Of a stretch of 64,000 bases of DNA, positions 20,441 through 30,175 are shown one piece after another; within the stretch, counting starts at the first letter, position 1, and each line of letters begins with the position of its first letter. Both the position numbers and the translations under genes were made by a program. This stretch comes from Candidatus Eiseniibacteriota bacterium (GTDB lineage Bacteria > Eisenbacteria > RBG-16-71-46 > CAIMUX01 > VGJL01): positions 1 to 64,000 of the forward strand of contig CAWBWI010000001.1 of assembly GCA_963792585.1 (NCBI GenBank), written 5' to 3'. The notes below the pieces were generated by a model. That model was not told the DNA's origin. It saw only the letters and a list, made by a program, of their open reading frames with translations, and did not search any database.

Positions 20441-21579
20441 GAATCGCTATGGTGGGGCAGAAGGGAATCCCCGCAACCTACGGAGGGATCGAACGGCACG
20501 TCGAGGAGATCGGCGCGAGGCTCGTCGAGCGCGGACACGAGGTGACAGTCTATGCGCGTCCCCACTACACGCGGCTTGGCGGGATGTACCGCGGGATGCG
20601 GATCCAGAGGCTTCCGAGCATCAACACGAAGCACCTCGACACGATCACCCACTGCATGATGTCGACGGTGGACGCGCTATTCCGAAAGTTCGACATCGTC
20701 CACTTCCATGCGCTGGGACCGAGCCTCTTCTCGTCGTTCCCGCATCTGCGCAAGACCCGGACGGTGGTCACCGTGCACGGACTCGACTGGCAACGGGGTA
20801 AGTGGGGGAGGCTCGCCGCCTGGTTCCTGCGCGAGTGCGAGCGTCCGGCCATCGCGTTCCCCGACCGGACGATCGTCGTCTCGAAGGCGTTGCAGGAGTA
20901 CTTCCGCAACCGTTACAAGGTCGAGACGGCCGTGATTCCGAACGGCACGAACCCGGCGGTCATGCGTCCACCCAACAAGATCCGGAAGTACGGCCTGGAC
21001 CGGCACCGCTACGTCCTCTTCGTGGGACGCCTGGTTCCGGAAAAGGGATGCCACATGCTGCTGGAGGCCTTCACCGGGTTGAAGACCGACGCGCAGCTCG
21101 TGATGGCGGGCGGTAGTTCCTTCTCGGACGGCTACGTCGACTCGTTGATGAGGATTCGCAACGGCGACGAGCGGATCCACATGCTGGGCTACGTCTATGG
21201 AGACCTCCTGGAGGAATTGTTCAGCAATGCCTACCTGATCGTGCAGCCGTCGTTCCTCGAGGGTTTCTCGATCTCCCTCGTGGAGGCGATGAGCCACGGG
21301 AAAGCGATCCTGGCGAGCGACATCCCGGAGAATATCGAGGTCATCGAGGACTGCGGCATGACCTTCCGGACACAGGACGTCGACGATCTGCGTGAGAAGC
21401 TCCAGCTGCTTCTGGACGATCCGCCCGCGGTCGAGCGGATCGCGAGCCGTTGCGGCGCCCACGCGCGTGATCGATTCAGCTGGTCCAAGATCGTCGAGGC
21501 CACGGAAGGGGTCTATCGTTCGGTCCTCGCCGAGGGGCGGGCGCCCGCGCGGATCCGAGTAGATTCCAAGCGCCGCTGA
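20437..21579 (+). CDS. glycosyltransferase family 4
   Basis: MRIAMVGQKGIPATYGGIE, GRLVPEKG, EGFSISLVEAM. Confidence 0.9.
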   Translation: MRIAMVGQKGIPATYGGIERHVEEIGARLVERGHEVTVYARPHYTRLGGMYRGMRIQRLPSINTKHLDTITHCMMSTVDALFRKFDIVHFHALGPSLFSSFPHLRKTRTVVTVHGLDWQRGKWGRLAAWFLRECERPAIAFPDRTIVVSKALQEYFRNRYKVETAVIPNGTNPAVMRPPNKIRKYGLDRHRYVLFVGRLVPEKGCHMLLEAFTGLKTDAQLVMAGGSSFSDGYVDSLMRIRNGDERIHMLGYVYGDLLEELFSNAYLIVQPSFLEGFSISLVEAMSHGKAILASDIPENIEVIEDCGMTFRTQDVDDLREKLQLLLDDPPAVERIASRCGAHARDRFSWSKIVEATEGVYRSVLAEGRAPARIRVDSKRR

Positions 21580-21664
21580 TTTCGGCGTCCGATCCCGGCC
21601 AGCGATCCTGGCCTCGGATCCCTACCCTTGCCCCGGCGCCCGTCGAAGGGCAGAATCGAAGTTG

Positions 21665-22757
21665 ATGCACCTACACGCCGTCATTCTGGCCGGTGGTCGG
21701 GGAGAACGGTTCTGGCCCCTCTCGCGACGCGACCGTCCCAAGCAGTTCCTCCGGCTGATCGGAGATCGATCGATGCTGCAGTCGACCTTCGATCGACTCG
21801 CCGATTGGATTCCCGTGGACCGGCAGTGGGTCGTCGCGGGCGGTCCGCTGATTCCCAGTATTCGAGAGCAGGTGCCCCACTTGCGGGAAGATCGGATCAT
21901 CGTGGAGCCGGTGGCGCGGAATACGGCGGCCGCGATCGGCGCGGCGGCGGTGGTGATCGAGTCGATCGACCCGGGCGCGGTGATGCTCATCCTGCCGTCC
22001 GACCACTGGATCCCGGATCGCAGGGTGGTTCCATGAGGATGTGGCGCGCGCTGCGGAGTCCGCGGTCGCGATCGGCGGGCTCTACCTTTTCGGAATCCCG
22101 ATCACCTATCCGGAGACCGGCTACGGGTACCTCGAAGAGGGGGCCGCTATTCCGGATCGCCTCGGGATCGCAAGGGTTGCGCGATTCCGTGAGAAGCCCG
22201 ATCGCGAACGCGCCGTCTCGTTCGCCGGACGCGCCGACATGCTGTGGAACTCGGGCATCTTCGTCTGGTGCGCGCAGACGATTCTCGACGCGATTGCGGC
22301 GCAGATGCCCGGGGTGCGAGACTCCCTCGACGGACTGCGTGCCGCGCTTCGTGGGGGGAGGGGCCACAGCCCGCCGGCGGCGCGCGCAGCGCTCGACCGC
22401 TACTTTCACGAGGCCCCGTCCGAGTCGATCGACTATGCAGTGCTGGAGAGGCACGAGGAGACCTATGTCTCGCGGGCCCGATTCCGCTGGAGCGATGTCG
22501 GAACGTGGCTCTCCTGGGGCGAACGCCTGGATCCGGATGCGGCGGGGAATCGGGGATCGGGAACCGCAATCATCACCGACAGCCGTGACTGCGTCTACTA
22601 CGCGGAGGGGGGGCTCGTCGCGCTGCTCGGCGTCAACGATCTGATCGTCGTCCGCTTGAAGGATGTGACCCTCGTCTGCGCCCGCGATTGCGCGCAGGAT
22701 GTCCGCAGGCTCGTCAGGGAGGCAAGCCAACGTGAAGATCTCAAGGACTTCTTCTAG
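21665..22757 (+). CDS. manC: mannose-1-phosphate guanylyltransferase (frameshift near 22030)
   Basis: ILAGGRGERFWPLSR..PKQFL, EPVARNTA, PSDH, PETGYGY, FREKP, WNSGIF, SIDYAVLE, WSDVGTW. Confidence 0.9.
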
Positions 22758-23373
22758 CGCGATCCTCACGATCCTGCTGCTCGCGAGCGGCTGCGGGGGG
22801 CGCGCCCGCACCGCGCCGCCTCCGGTGAAGGACGTGACGGCGCCCCGCAATGCATCTGCAGCCAAGGGCTCAGAAGAGGTGAAGGACGTTGAAGAGGCCG
22901 GCGTCCGTCTCCCGGGGCAGGATCGATCCTATCCGTCCGAGGACCCGAAGAACCGACCCCAGTCCAATTCGCCGGCGCCGGCGTCCGCCCCCCTGGCGGT
23001 GCCCTCCTCGCCGGCGCCGCCCACATCGCCGGGCGGCGCAACAGGGGGCGCATCCTCCACCCCGGCGCCCAGAGAGCCGGCCGTCGCGAAGGCCCCGGGC
23101 GAGCTATCGGATTTCGGCCCGCCGCCGGTTCTGAGGGGAGAAATCCGGTTCCGCGTGCAGATCCTGGCGAGCGTGGCGTTCAACACGGCGCTCCGCGTGC
23201 GTGATGAGCTGTCGAAGACCTTCGAGGAGCCGGTGTACCTGGAGAGAGAGCAGGAGATCTGGAAGGTGCGGGTCGGTGATCTTCGGAACCGCGCCGCGGC
23301 GGACGACGTCCGCCGCCACCTGGTCGGACTCGGCTACGATGATGCTTTCGTTGTCGAGGCGCGCGGCCGATGA
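22732..23373 (+). CDS. SPOR domain lipoprotein
   Basis: Lipobox LLASGC, Pro/Ser/Thr-rich linker, FRVQI...WKVRVGD...GYDDAFVV. Confidence 0.8.
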   Translation: MKISRTSSSAILTILLLASGCGGRARTAPPPVKDVTAPRNASAAKGSEEVKDVEEAGVRLPGQDRSYPSEDPKNRPQSNSPAPASAPLAVPSSPAPPTSPGGATGGASSTPAPREPAVAKAPGELSDFGPPPVLRGEIRFRVQILASVAFNTALRVRDELSKTFEEPVYLEREQEIWKVRVGDLRNRAAADDVRRHLVGLGYDDAFVVEARGR

Positions 23374-24623
23374 AAGAAGGGTCGATGGAAATCCTGCTCA
23401 TCGAGGACTCTGGATGGGAAGCGCTCCGGCCGCTGACCTGGCTGCGACCGGCCGGTGAGCTATTCGTCGGCTCCCTCAGCAACAGGGAGCGATGGGCCGC
23501 CACGACGGGACTCGTTGCGCGCATCCTCTGCCGGGCCGAGGTCGCACGACTCCACGCGCACGGCCTGGCGGCGCTTCCGGAGGGGGGAGGGCTTCGGATC
23601 TGGGCCCGGGATCGCTGGGCTCCGGATGAAGCTTGGATTCGGGCCGCGGTCGATCGCAAGGCTGCCGCGGCCTGGTGGAGCGGAGATCGCGTCATCGCGG
23701 TGCTGACCGATGCAGCCCCGCCCGCAGACCATCTCCCCGGCAGCGATGCATTCTGGCAGTCCCTCGCCGGTGGCGCTGAGGGTCTGCAGGTCCCGAAGGG
23801 AAAGCTCATCGTCGAGCTGTCGGATCTGATTTCCGAAGGGGCGGAGCGACTGAAGCGCGATCTCGACGCAATGCTGGCTGGCTCCGCGAGTCCGGACGGG
23901 GTCGGGGACGGCATCGCCTATGCTCTCGGCCGCATCCGGATCGGAGCTGGGTGCAGGATCGACCACGGCGCCGTGCTCGACGCCCGCGAGGGGCCGATCG
24001 TGCTGGGGGCCGGGACGGTGGTTTTTCCCCACACATGGATCCGCGGGCCGTTTGGCTGCCGGAACGACTGTCTTCTCCTGGGAGGACGGATTGGTGGTGG
24101 GAGCTTCTTCGGTCCCGTTTGCCGCGTCCGGGGGGAGGTCGAGGCTTCGGTGTTCCACGGGTACACGAACAAGGCCCACGACGGCTTCATCGGCCACTCC
24201 TACATCGGGGAGTGGGTCAACCTCGGCGCTCTGACCACGACGAGCGACCTGAAGAATAACTACGGCTTCGTTCACCTCGATGTCGACGGTCGTCGGATCG
24301 AGACGGGGCAGAGCAAGGTCGGAGCGTTTCTCGGCGACCATGCGAAGACGCGGATCGGCGCCCTTCTGAATTCCGGCACGGTGGTCGGTATCGCGGCCAA
24401 CCTCTTCGGGGATGCGGCGATCTTTCCGAAATGGGTGCCGGATTTCGCCTGGGGGACCGGGCCGCATGCGGCCGAGTACGCTCTCGGCCCGTGCATGGAA
24501 ATGGTGCGCGCGGTACTCGCGCGCCGCGGACATGTCTGTTCCACGGAACTCACCGAGGCGATGGCGCGCGCGTTCGAAGTCAGTCGCCCTGCGAGGGATC
24601 GCTTTCTCTCCAAGGAGTCTTGA
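23370..24623 (+). CDS. GlmU-like putative sugar nucleotidyltransferase with hexapeptide repeats
   Basis: LRPLTWLRP, hexapeptide region, NKAHDGFIGHSYIGEWVNLGA, SDLKNNY. Confidence 0.8.
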   Translation: MKEGSMEILLIEDSGWEALRPLTWLRPAGELFVGSLSNRERWAATTGLVARILCRAEVARLHAHGLAALPEGGGLRIWARDRWAPDEAWIRAAVDRKAAAAWWSGDRVIAVLTDAAPPADHLPGSDAFWQSLAGGAEGLQVPKGKLIVELSDLISEGAERLKRDLDAMLAGSASPDGVGDGIAYALGRIRIGAGCRIDHGAVLDAREGPIVLGAGTVVFPHTWIRGPFGCRNDCLLLGGRIGGGSFFGPVCRVRGEVEASVFHGYTNKAHDGFIGHSYIGEWVNLGALTTTSDLKNNYGFVHLDVDGRRIETGQSKVGAFLGDHAKTRIGALLNSGTVVGIAANLFGDAAIFPKWVPDFAWGTGPHAAEYALGPCMEMVRAVLARRGHVCSTELTEAMARAFEVSRPARDRFLSKES

Positions 24624-24625
24624 AG

Positions 24626-25669
24626 ATGCCCGAACTTCGGAAGGATCCGATCGTCGGCCGGTGGGTCATCATCGCCACGGAGCGCGGAAAGAGGCCGTCC
24701 GACTTCGATCGGATCGAGATGCCGCGTAAGGGTGGATTCTGTCCATTTTGCCCGGGCAACGAGTCGAAGACGCCGCCCGAGGTCTATGCCGATCGGGAAC
24801 CGGGCAGCCCCAGGGACGGTCCGGGATGGCACGTGCGGGTCGTATCGAACAAGTTTCCCGCCCTCCAGATCGAGGGCGACCTCAAGCGCCGTGGCGAGGG
24901 GATGTACGACAAGATGAACGGCGTCGGCGCTCATGAGGTGATCATCGAGAGTCCGGCGCACGAGACCGATACGAGCGAACTCCCCTTGATCCAGATCGAG
25001 AGAGTCCTCGTCGCTCTCAGGGAGCGGATGCTCGACCTGGCGAAGGACAAGCGCTTCCGTTATGTGCAGGTCTTCAAGAACCGCGGCGATGCGGCGGGCG
25101 CGAGTCTGGAGCACAGCCACACGCAACTGATCGCCACCCCGATCATCCCCCGTCGCGTCGACGAGGAACTCCGGGGTTGCGCGAGCCACTTTCTGGCGAA
25201 GGAACGATGCATCTACTGCGACATCGTCGACCAGGAGTCGGACTACCAGAAGAGGATCGTTTGCGAGAACGAGCACTTCCTCGTCTTCGAGCCGTTCGCC
25301 TCCCGCTTCCCGTTCGAAACGTGGGTCCTGCCGAAACACCACGCCCAGTACTTCGAGGAAGCGCCGATCGCCACGATCCCGAGCTTGGCGGCGATCCTGA
25401 AGGAATTGCTGGTGCGGATGAACATCGCCCTGAACGACCCGCCGTACAACTATGTGCTCCACACGAGTCCCTGCAATGACTGGGACCTGCCGCACCACTA
25501 TCACTGGCACCTCGAGTTGATGCCGAAGTTGACGAAAGTGGCCGGATTCGAGTGGGGGACCGGCTTCTACATCAACCCGACCCCGCCGGAAGAGGCGGCG
25601 GCCCATCTTCGTGAGGTAGACCTGCCGGTCGAGAGCAACATGATCGGCGGCTCCTCGTCCGCTTCGTGA
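24626..25669 (+). CDS. galT: GalT-family hexose-1-phosphate nucleotidyltransferase
   Basis: ELRKDP..GRWVIIATERGKRP, CPFCPGNE, NKFPAL, GASLEHSHTQ (HxHxQ), GFEWGTG. Confidence 0.9.
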   Translation: MPELRKDPIVGRWVIIATERGKRPSDFDRIEMPRKGGFCPFCPGNESKTPPEVYADREPGSPRDGPGWHVRVVSNKFPALQIEGDLKRRGEGMYDKMNGVGAHEVIIESPAHETDTSELPLIQIERVLVALRERMLDLAKDKRFRYVQVFKNRGDAAGASLEHSHTQLIATPIIPRRVDEELRGCASHFLAKERCIYCDIVDQESDYQKRIVCENEHFLVFEPFASRFPFETWVLPKHHAQYFEEAPIATIPSLAAILKELLVRMNIALNDPPYNYVLHTSPCNDWDLPHHYHWHLELMPKLTKVAGFEWGTGFYINPTPPEEAAAHLREVDLPVESNMIGGSSSAS

Positions 25670-25685
25670 GAGGGGGCCCGTTGGC

Positions 25686-27164
25686 ATGAGAATCGCGCTC
25701 GCTGCCTCGGAGATGGTGCCGTACGTGAAGGTCGGCGGCCTGGGCGATGTGATCGGCGCCCTGCCGAAGGAACTCGCACGGCTGGGTCATGATGTCGCTG
25801 TTCTCATCCCGCGGCCCCCGGATTTCGAGCACAAGTTCCCCGATCTCGCGATCGAGACGATCGGAGAGCTCCTGGTGCCGATGGCGGGAAGGACGGAGCG
25901 CGTGGGGATCGAGCGGGCGCGGATCGTCGCGGACGGAGTCGATCTGATCCTGGTCCGGCACGACCGATCCTTCGAACGCCCGAACCCGTACGTCGATCCG
26001 GCGACCGGAATGGACTGGCCCGACAACGCGGCGCGATTCATTCTCTTCTCGAAGGCGATCATCGAGGGCCTGCTCCTCCTCGACTTCGCTCCGGACGTGA
26101 TCCACCTGAACGACTACCAAACGGGCCTCGTCCCGATCCTGCTCCGGGAAGTCTATGGGGATCGGGCGGACCTGGCGCGCGCCGGCGTGGTCTACACGAT
26201 CCACAACATGGGCTACCAGGGGATCTACCCGCCGGAGGTCCTCGAGGAGATCGGGCCCGATATCGGTGAGCGCTTCTTCCAGCCGATGGGTCCTCTCGAA
26301 TTCTGGGGCAAGGTCAATTTCATGAAGGCGGCGATCCTCTATGCGGATCTCGTGACGACGGTGAGTGAGCGCTACGCCGAGGAGATCCAGAGCGCCGAGG
26401 AATTCGGCTTCGGGCTCGAGGGTGTCCTGCGGACGCGGACGAACGATCTCATCGGGATCTTGAATGGAATCGATACCGAGATCTGGAATCCCGCAACCGA
26501 TCCCCTGATTCCCCACAATTACGGGGCCTCCGACTTCGGCCCGAAGCGCGAGAACAAGCTGCGCTTGCTCCAGGCGATGGAGTTGCCGGAGGAGAAGGAC
26601 GTTCCCGTGATCGGCATGATCTCGCGGCTCGTCGAGCAGAAGGGATTCGATCTTGTCGACGAGGCGAGTGCCCACCTCATGGAACTGGACGCGAAGCTCG
26701 TCGTCCTCGGGAGCGGTCCGCCGCGTTACGAGGAGATGATGAAGAAGCTCCGCAAGGATCATCCCACCAAGGTCGGCGTCAGTCTGATGTTCAACAACCC
26801 TCTGGCGCACCTGATCGAGGCGGGGAGCGACTTCTTCCTGATGCCGTCCCGATACGAGCCCTGCGGCCTGAATCAGATGTACTCGCTTCGCTATGGCACC
26901 GTGCCGATCGTCCGGGCAACCGGCGGCCTGGCGGACACCGTGCGCCCTTACGACCCCGAGACCGGGCGTGGGAACGGATTCGTGTTCGAGGAATACACAG
27001 CGGAGGCGATGCTCGCCGCGATCCGCAAAGGGCTTGCCGCATACGGTCGGAAGCGATCGTGGAAGAAGCTCGTGACGGACATCATGCGAATCGACTTCTC
27101 GTGGACGCGGGCGGCGGGGAAGTACGTCGAGGCCTACGGCCGCGCGAGGGCCGCAAGGATGTAG
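25686..27164 (+). CDS. glgA: glycogen synthase
   Basis: KVGGLGDV, HLNDYQ, TIHNMGYQG, SRLVEQKG, MPSRYEPCGLNQ, TGGLADTV. Confidence 0.95.
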   Translation: MRIALAASEMVPYVKVGGLGDVIGALPKELARLGHDVAVLIPRPPDFEHKFPDLAIETIGELLVPMAGRTERVGIERARIVADGVDLILVRHDRSFERPNPYVDPATGMDWPDNAARFILFSKAIIEGLLLLDFAPDVIHLNDYQTGLVPILLREVYGDRADLARAGVVYTIHNMGYQGIYPPEVLEEIGPDIGERFFQPMGPLEFWGKVNFMKAAILYADLVTTVSERYAEEIQSAEEFGFGLEGVLRTRTNDLIGILNGIDTEIWNPATDPLIPHNYGASDFGPKRENKLRLLQAMELPEEKDVPVIGMISRLVEQKGFDLVDEASAHLMELDAKLVVLGSGPPRYEEMMKKLRKDHPTKVGVSLMFNNPLAHLIEAGSDFFLMPSRYEPCGLNQMYSLRYGTVPIVRATGGLADTVRPYDPETGRGNGFVFEEYTAEAMLAAIRKGLAAYGRKRSWKKLVTDIMRIDFSWTRAAGKYVEAYGRARAARM

Positions 27165-27219
27165 ACCGGAGGCGCGCCCGTCGGATCGACAGGACGCCGG
27201 GGACGATCGGCTGGGTGAG

Positions 27220-27256
27220 GCGAAGGGGCGACCGCGGTGTGCGGTCGCTCCTTCGC
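27220..27256. terminator. hairpin between convergent genes
   Basis: GCGAAGGGGCGACCGC / GCGGTCGCTCCTTCGC inverted repeat. Confidence 0.6.
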
Positions 27257-27266
27257 AGTTCATGGA

Positions 27267-27632
27267 TCAGCGGTAGATCGCCTTGATCTTTCCCCATGTC
27301 GTGTTTCGTTGAGGGGTCGGGCAAGGACTCGGATCGCAACTCGTGCACGGCTCCATCCAGGAGCCTCCGCCCTGCTCGCAGTCTTCCTGAAGGATGAACT
27401 CACAGTGGCTGTCAGGAAAACAGCAAGCAGACTCCGGCGGCGGCGGTCAGGGATTCGGTTCGCAACTGGTGTTGTCCCCGAAATAGTAGCCACCCTGGGC
27501 CAAACACGCCTCCTCCGTGGTGATGATGCAGTCGTAACACGGGGGAAAACAGCAAGCTCCCTCTTGGGCGGCGACAGGAACCGCGACCACGATCCCGCCG
27601 AATAACGCGAGCATCGGCAAGATCCATTTCAT
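27267..27632 (-). CDS. secreted Cys-rich repeat protein with C-terminal TWGKIKAIYR; in-frame TGA at 27447-27449
   Basis: AAAGGAGG RBS and signal peptide. Repeat 1 GACCFPPC...CEPNP[TGA] continues in frame to repeat 2 SACCFPDSHC...CDPSPC and TTWGKIKAIYR*. Confidence 0.75.
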
Positions 27633-27914
27633 CGCATTCCTCCTTTCAGGCGCAGGTTCTACAGCGTGAACAGCCCCCCAAGCGTCCATTCACACGACTC
27701 AATTGTACCCCCGAACTCCGGCGCAGGCCAGGTACATGGCTGTCTTCCCACGGATACCGGGGGAACGCCGGCCGCGGTCGCGACCCTCACAAGATCGCTC
27801 AACATGCACCCATAACAAATAGCAGCATAACGGGTTGTAACTCTGTGGGCTGCGACCCTCCCTGATGGCACGGCCATGGTTGTTAGTGCGGACGAGGAAA
27901 GGGGGACGGCGGCC

Positions 27915-29003
27915 ATGAGACCGTTCTACTTCATCACAGGGGGCCTGGGATCGTTGGGTCGCGAGATCGTCCCCCGGATCCTCTCCCGAGAGCCCCGCGC
28001 TGAGATCGTCCTCCTGGTGCGGGCGAGAGACGACGCGGGGGTTGGGCTCCGTATGGACGAGCTTGGTCGCTACCTGTCCACGTACTGGCCCGGCGTCGAC
28101 CGGACGCGTTTGCATGCCTGCAGGGGCGATGTCACCCTGTTTCGCTTCGGGCTTGGGGATACCACCTACCGGGACCTCGCGGGACGCGTGACCCACATCG
28201 TTCATGCCGCCGCCTGCATCGACCTGGGCCAACCCCTCGAGCAGGCGCGCCGCGTCCATGCCGGCGGAGTCCGCGAGGTGCTTCGCTTCGCCGCGCGCTG
28301 CCCCCGCTTGATCCACCTCGCGCACGTGAGCACGGCGTTCGTAGCCGGCACTCGCGAGGGGATGATCCTCGAGCGGCAGCGCCTCTGCGGCCAAGGCTTT
28401 CGTAACGCATACGAGCAGAGCAAGTGCGAATCGGAGGAGATCGTCCGGACGTGGATGGACGAACTGCCCATCACGATCTTCCGGCCGAGCATCATCGTGG
28501 GAGACGCAAGCGACGGCCGCACGTGCAACTTCGCGACCTTTTACCGCGCCCTGAGGATGATCGCGATGGGCCGGATCCGCGAGCTCCCCGTCGATCCAGA
28601 GGCCCGCCTCGACATCGTCACCGTCGACTATGTCGCCGAGGCCGTCGTGGAGCTGACCCTCCATCCACGCCGCAGAGGCGCCGTCTATCACCTGGTCGCG
28701 GGCTCCGAGCGCTCGATTCGGATCGGCGATCTTGTGGAGGCCGCTCATTCCTGGGGCCAAGGGGCGAAGCCGGGGAGCGCGACGCGACCCTCGACCCCGC
28801 GCGCAGGACTTTCGATCTTCTTCAGCTACCTGGGCGGAGGGCAGACGTTCGACGACGCAACGACCCGCTTCGATCTCGGTCCGGACGGTCCGGTGCCCGA
28901 TCGCCCGGAAGTTTACCTGCCGAGGATGCTCGCTTTCTGTGTCGGAACCAATTGGGGGAGAGATCTCCCCTGGGAGGCAAGGCAATGGCAACCCGCAGCC
29001 TGA
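27915..29003 (+). CDS. extended SDR reductase (fatty acyl-CoA / thioester reductase-like)
   Basis: ITGGLGSLG, GDVT, IVHAAA, HVSTAFV, YEQSK, FRPSIIVGD. Confidence 0.85.
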   Translation: MRPFYFITGGLGSLGREIVPRILSREPRAEIVLLVRARDDAGVGLRMDELGRYLSTYWPGVDRTRLHACRGDVTLFRFGLGDTTYRDLAGRVTHIVHAAACIDLGQPLEQARRVHAGGVREVLRFAARCPRLIHLAHVSTAFVAGTREGMILERQRLCGQGFRNAYEQSKCESEEIVRTWMDELPITIFRPSIIVGDASDGRTCNFATFYRALRMIAMGRIRELPVDPEARLDIVTVDYVAEAVVELTLHPRRRGAVYHLVAGSERSIRIGDLVEAAHSWGQGAKPGSATRPSTPRAGLSIFFSYLGGGQTFDDATTRFDLGPDGPVPDRPEVYLPRMLAFCVGTNWGRDLPWEARQWQPAA

Positions 29004-30175
29004 CGCGACCGGCAGCCGCCCCCATCCTGGAGCGGCCGGTCTTCGAGCGGCTCCTCTTCGCACAGTGCTGGGAGGATCCCCGCATGGACATCGAGGCCCT
29101 CCGCCCGCGGGACGGCAGCACGCTGGTCGTCGTGACTTCCGGCGGATGCACCGCGCTCACACTGGCCCTGGGGGGGGCGGAGAAGGTGATCGCCGTCGAT
29201 CTCAACACGGCGCAGAGTTGGCTCCTCCACTTGAAGATCGCCGGGGCGCGCGTGCTGGACCATGGGGAGTACCTCGAGTTGCTCGGGGCCCGCACCTCGA
29301 CGCGGCGCCAGGACCTCTATACGCGTTGCCGTCCCGTCATGCCGGCGCGTGCCCGCGCCTACTGGGATCGCGAAGAAGATCGCATCGACGCGGGCGTCCT
29401 CGAATCGGGGCGCTACGAACGATACCTCGCGAAGTTTCGAGGCCTCCTCCGGACCCTTCATGGAGAGAAGCGGATCGCCCGCCTCTTCGACCTCCACGAT
29501 CTTGATGAGCAACAGCGGTTCTACGATGATGAATGGGACACCGTCGCCTGGCGCCTCTTCTTCCGCGTCTTCTTCTCCAGGACGGTTCTCGGCGTTGCGG
29601 GTCTCGACCGGGCGTTCTTCACCTACGTCGAGGGCATTCCGGACTTCGGGGCGCATTTCCTGGGCCGCGCGCGCCACGTCCTGACCGAGCTGCCGATCCG
29701 CGAGAACTACTTCCTCGCGCAGATATGCCTCGGGCACTACCTCGAAGAACTCTCCCTGCCGCCCTATCTCCAGCCGGCCAACTTCGAGCGACTCAAGACG
29801 GCCGTTCGCCGCATCGAGGTGGTGACGGAGGAGCTGGGGGCACTTCTCGCGCGGCTTCCGGAGAAGAGCGTCGACGGCTTTGCCTTCTCGAACGTGTTCG
29901 AGTGGGTTTCTCTCGAGGCGTTCGAGTCCCTGTTGCGGCAGACCCACCGCGTTTCGCGGCCCGGCGCGCGGCTCTGCTACCGGAATCTGCTCGTGCGCCG
30001 CAAGCATTTGCCTTCCCTCGACGGTCTCTTCGCCCCGGACGACGCGCTGGCGGCACGCCTGCTGTACGAGGATCGCTCGTTCGTCTACTCGCACTTCGAG
30101 ATCGCGACGGCGCTCGAGCCGGTGGGTGCTGGAAACGGCCGCTCGACGGATGCGCGCCACGGAGGTTCGAGATGA
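28985..30175 (+). CDS. BtaA/DUF3419-family SAM-dependent 3-amino-3-carboxypropyl transferase
   Basis: LLFAQCWEDPRMD, VTSGGC, AVDLNTAQ..LL.LK, ENYF, PPYL, SNVFEW, PGARLCYR, DRSFVY. Confidence 0.8.
   Translation: MATRSLTRPAAAPILERPVFERLLFAQCWEDPRMDIEALRPRDGSTLVVVTSGGCTALTLALGGAEKVIAVDLNTAQSWLLHLKIAGARVLDHGEYLELLGARTSTRRQDLYTRCRPVMPARARAYWDREEDRIDAGVLESGRYERYLAKFRGLLRTLHGEKRIARLFDLHDLDEQQRFYDDEWDTVAWRLFFRVFFSRTVLGVAGLDRAFFTYVEGIPDFGAHFLGRARHVLTELPIRENYFLAQICLGHYLEELSLPPYLQPANFERLKTAVRRIEVVTEELGALLARLPEKSVDGFAFSNVFEWVSLEAFESLLRQTHRVSRPGARLCYRNLLVRRKHLPSLDGLFAPDDALAARLLYEDRSFVYSHFEIATALEPVGAGNGRSTDARHGGSR

Noticed and set aside
21665..22757. Programmed frameshifting in manC, lysC, rbr or the ABC permease
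   Set aside because: No slippery-site pattern was recognised, and scattered single indels are better explained by sequencing error.
27866..27881. Sigma54 promoter for the lipid operon (TGGCACG...)
   Set aside because: The -24 box matches, but the -12 position reads TGGT rather than TTGC.
28985..30175. Standard DGTS betaine lipid pathway
   Set aside because: No BtaB-like methyltransferase is adjacent, and the context points to another product. A remote btaB cannot be excluded.
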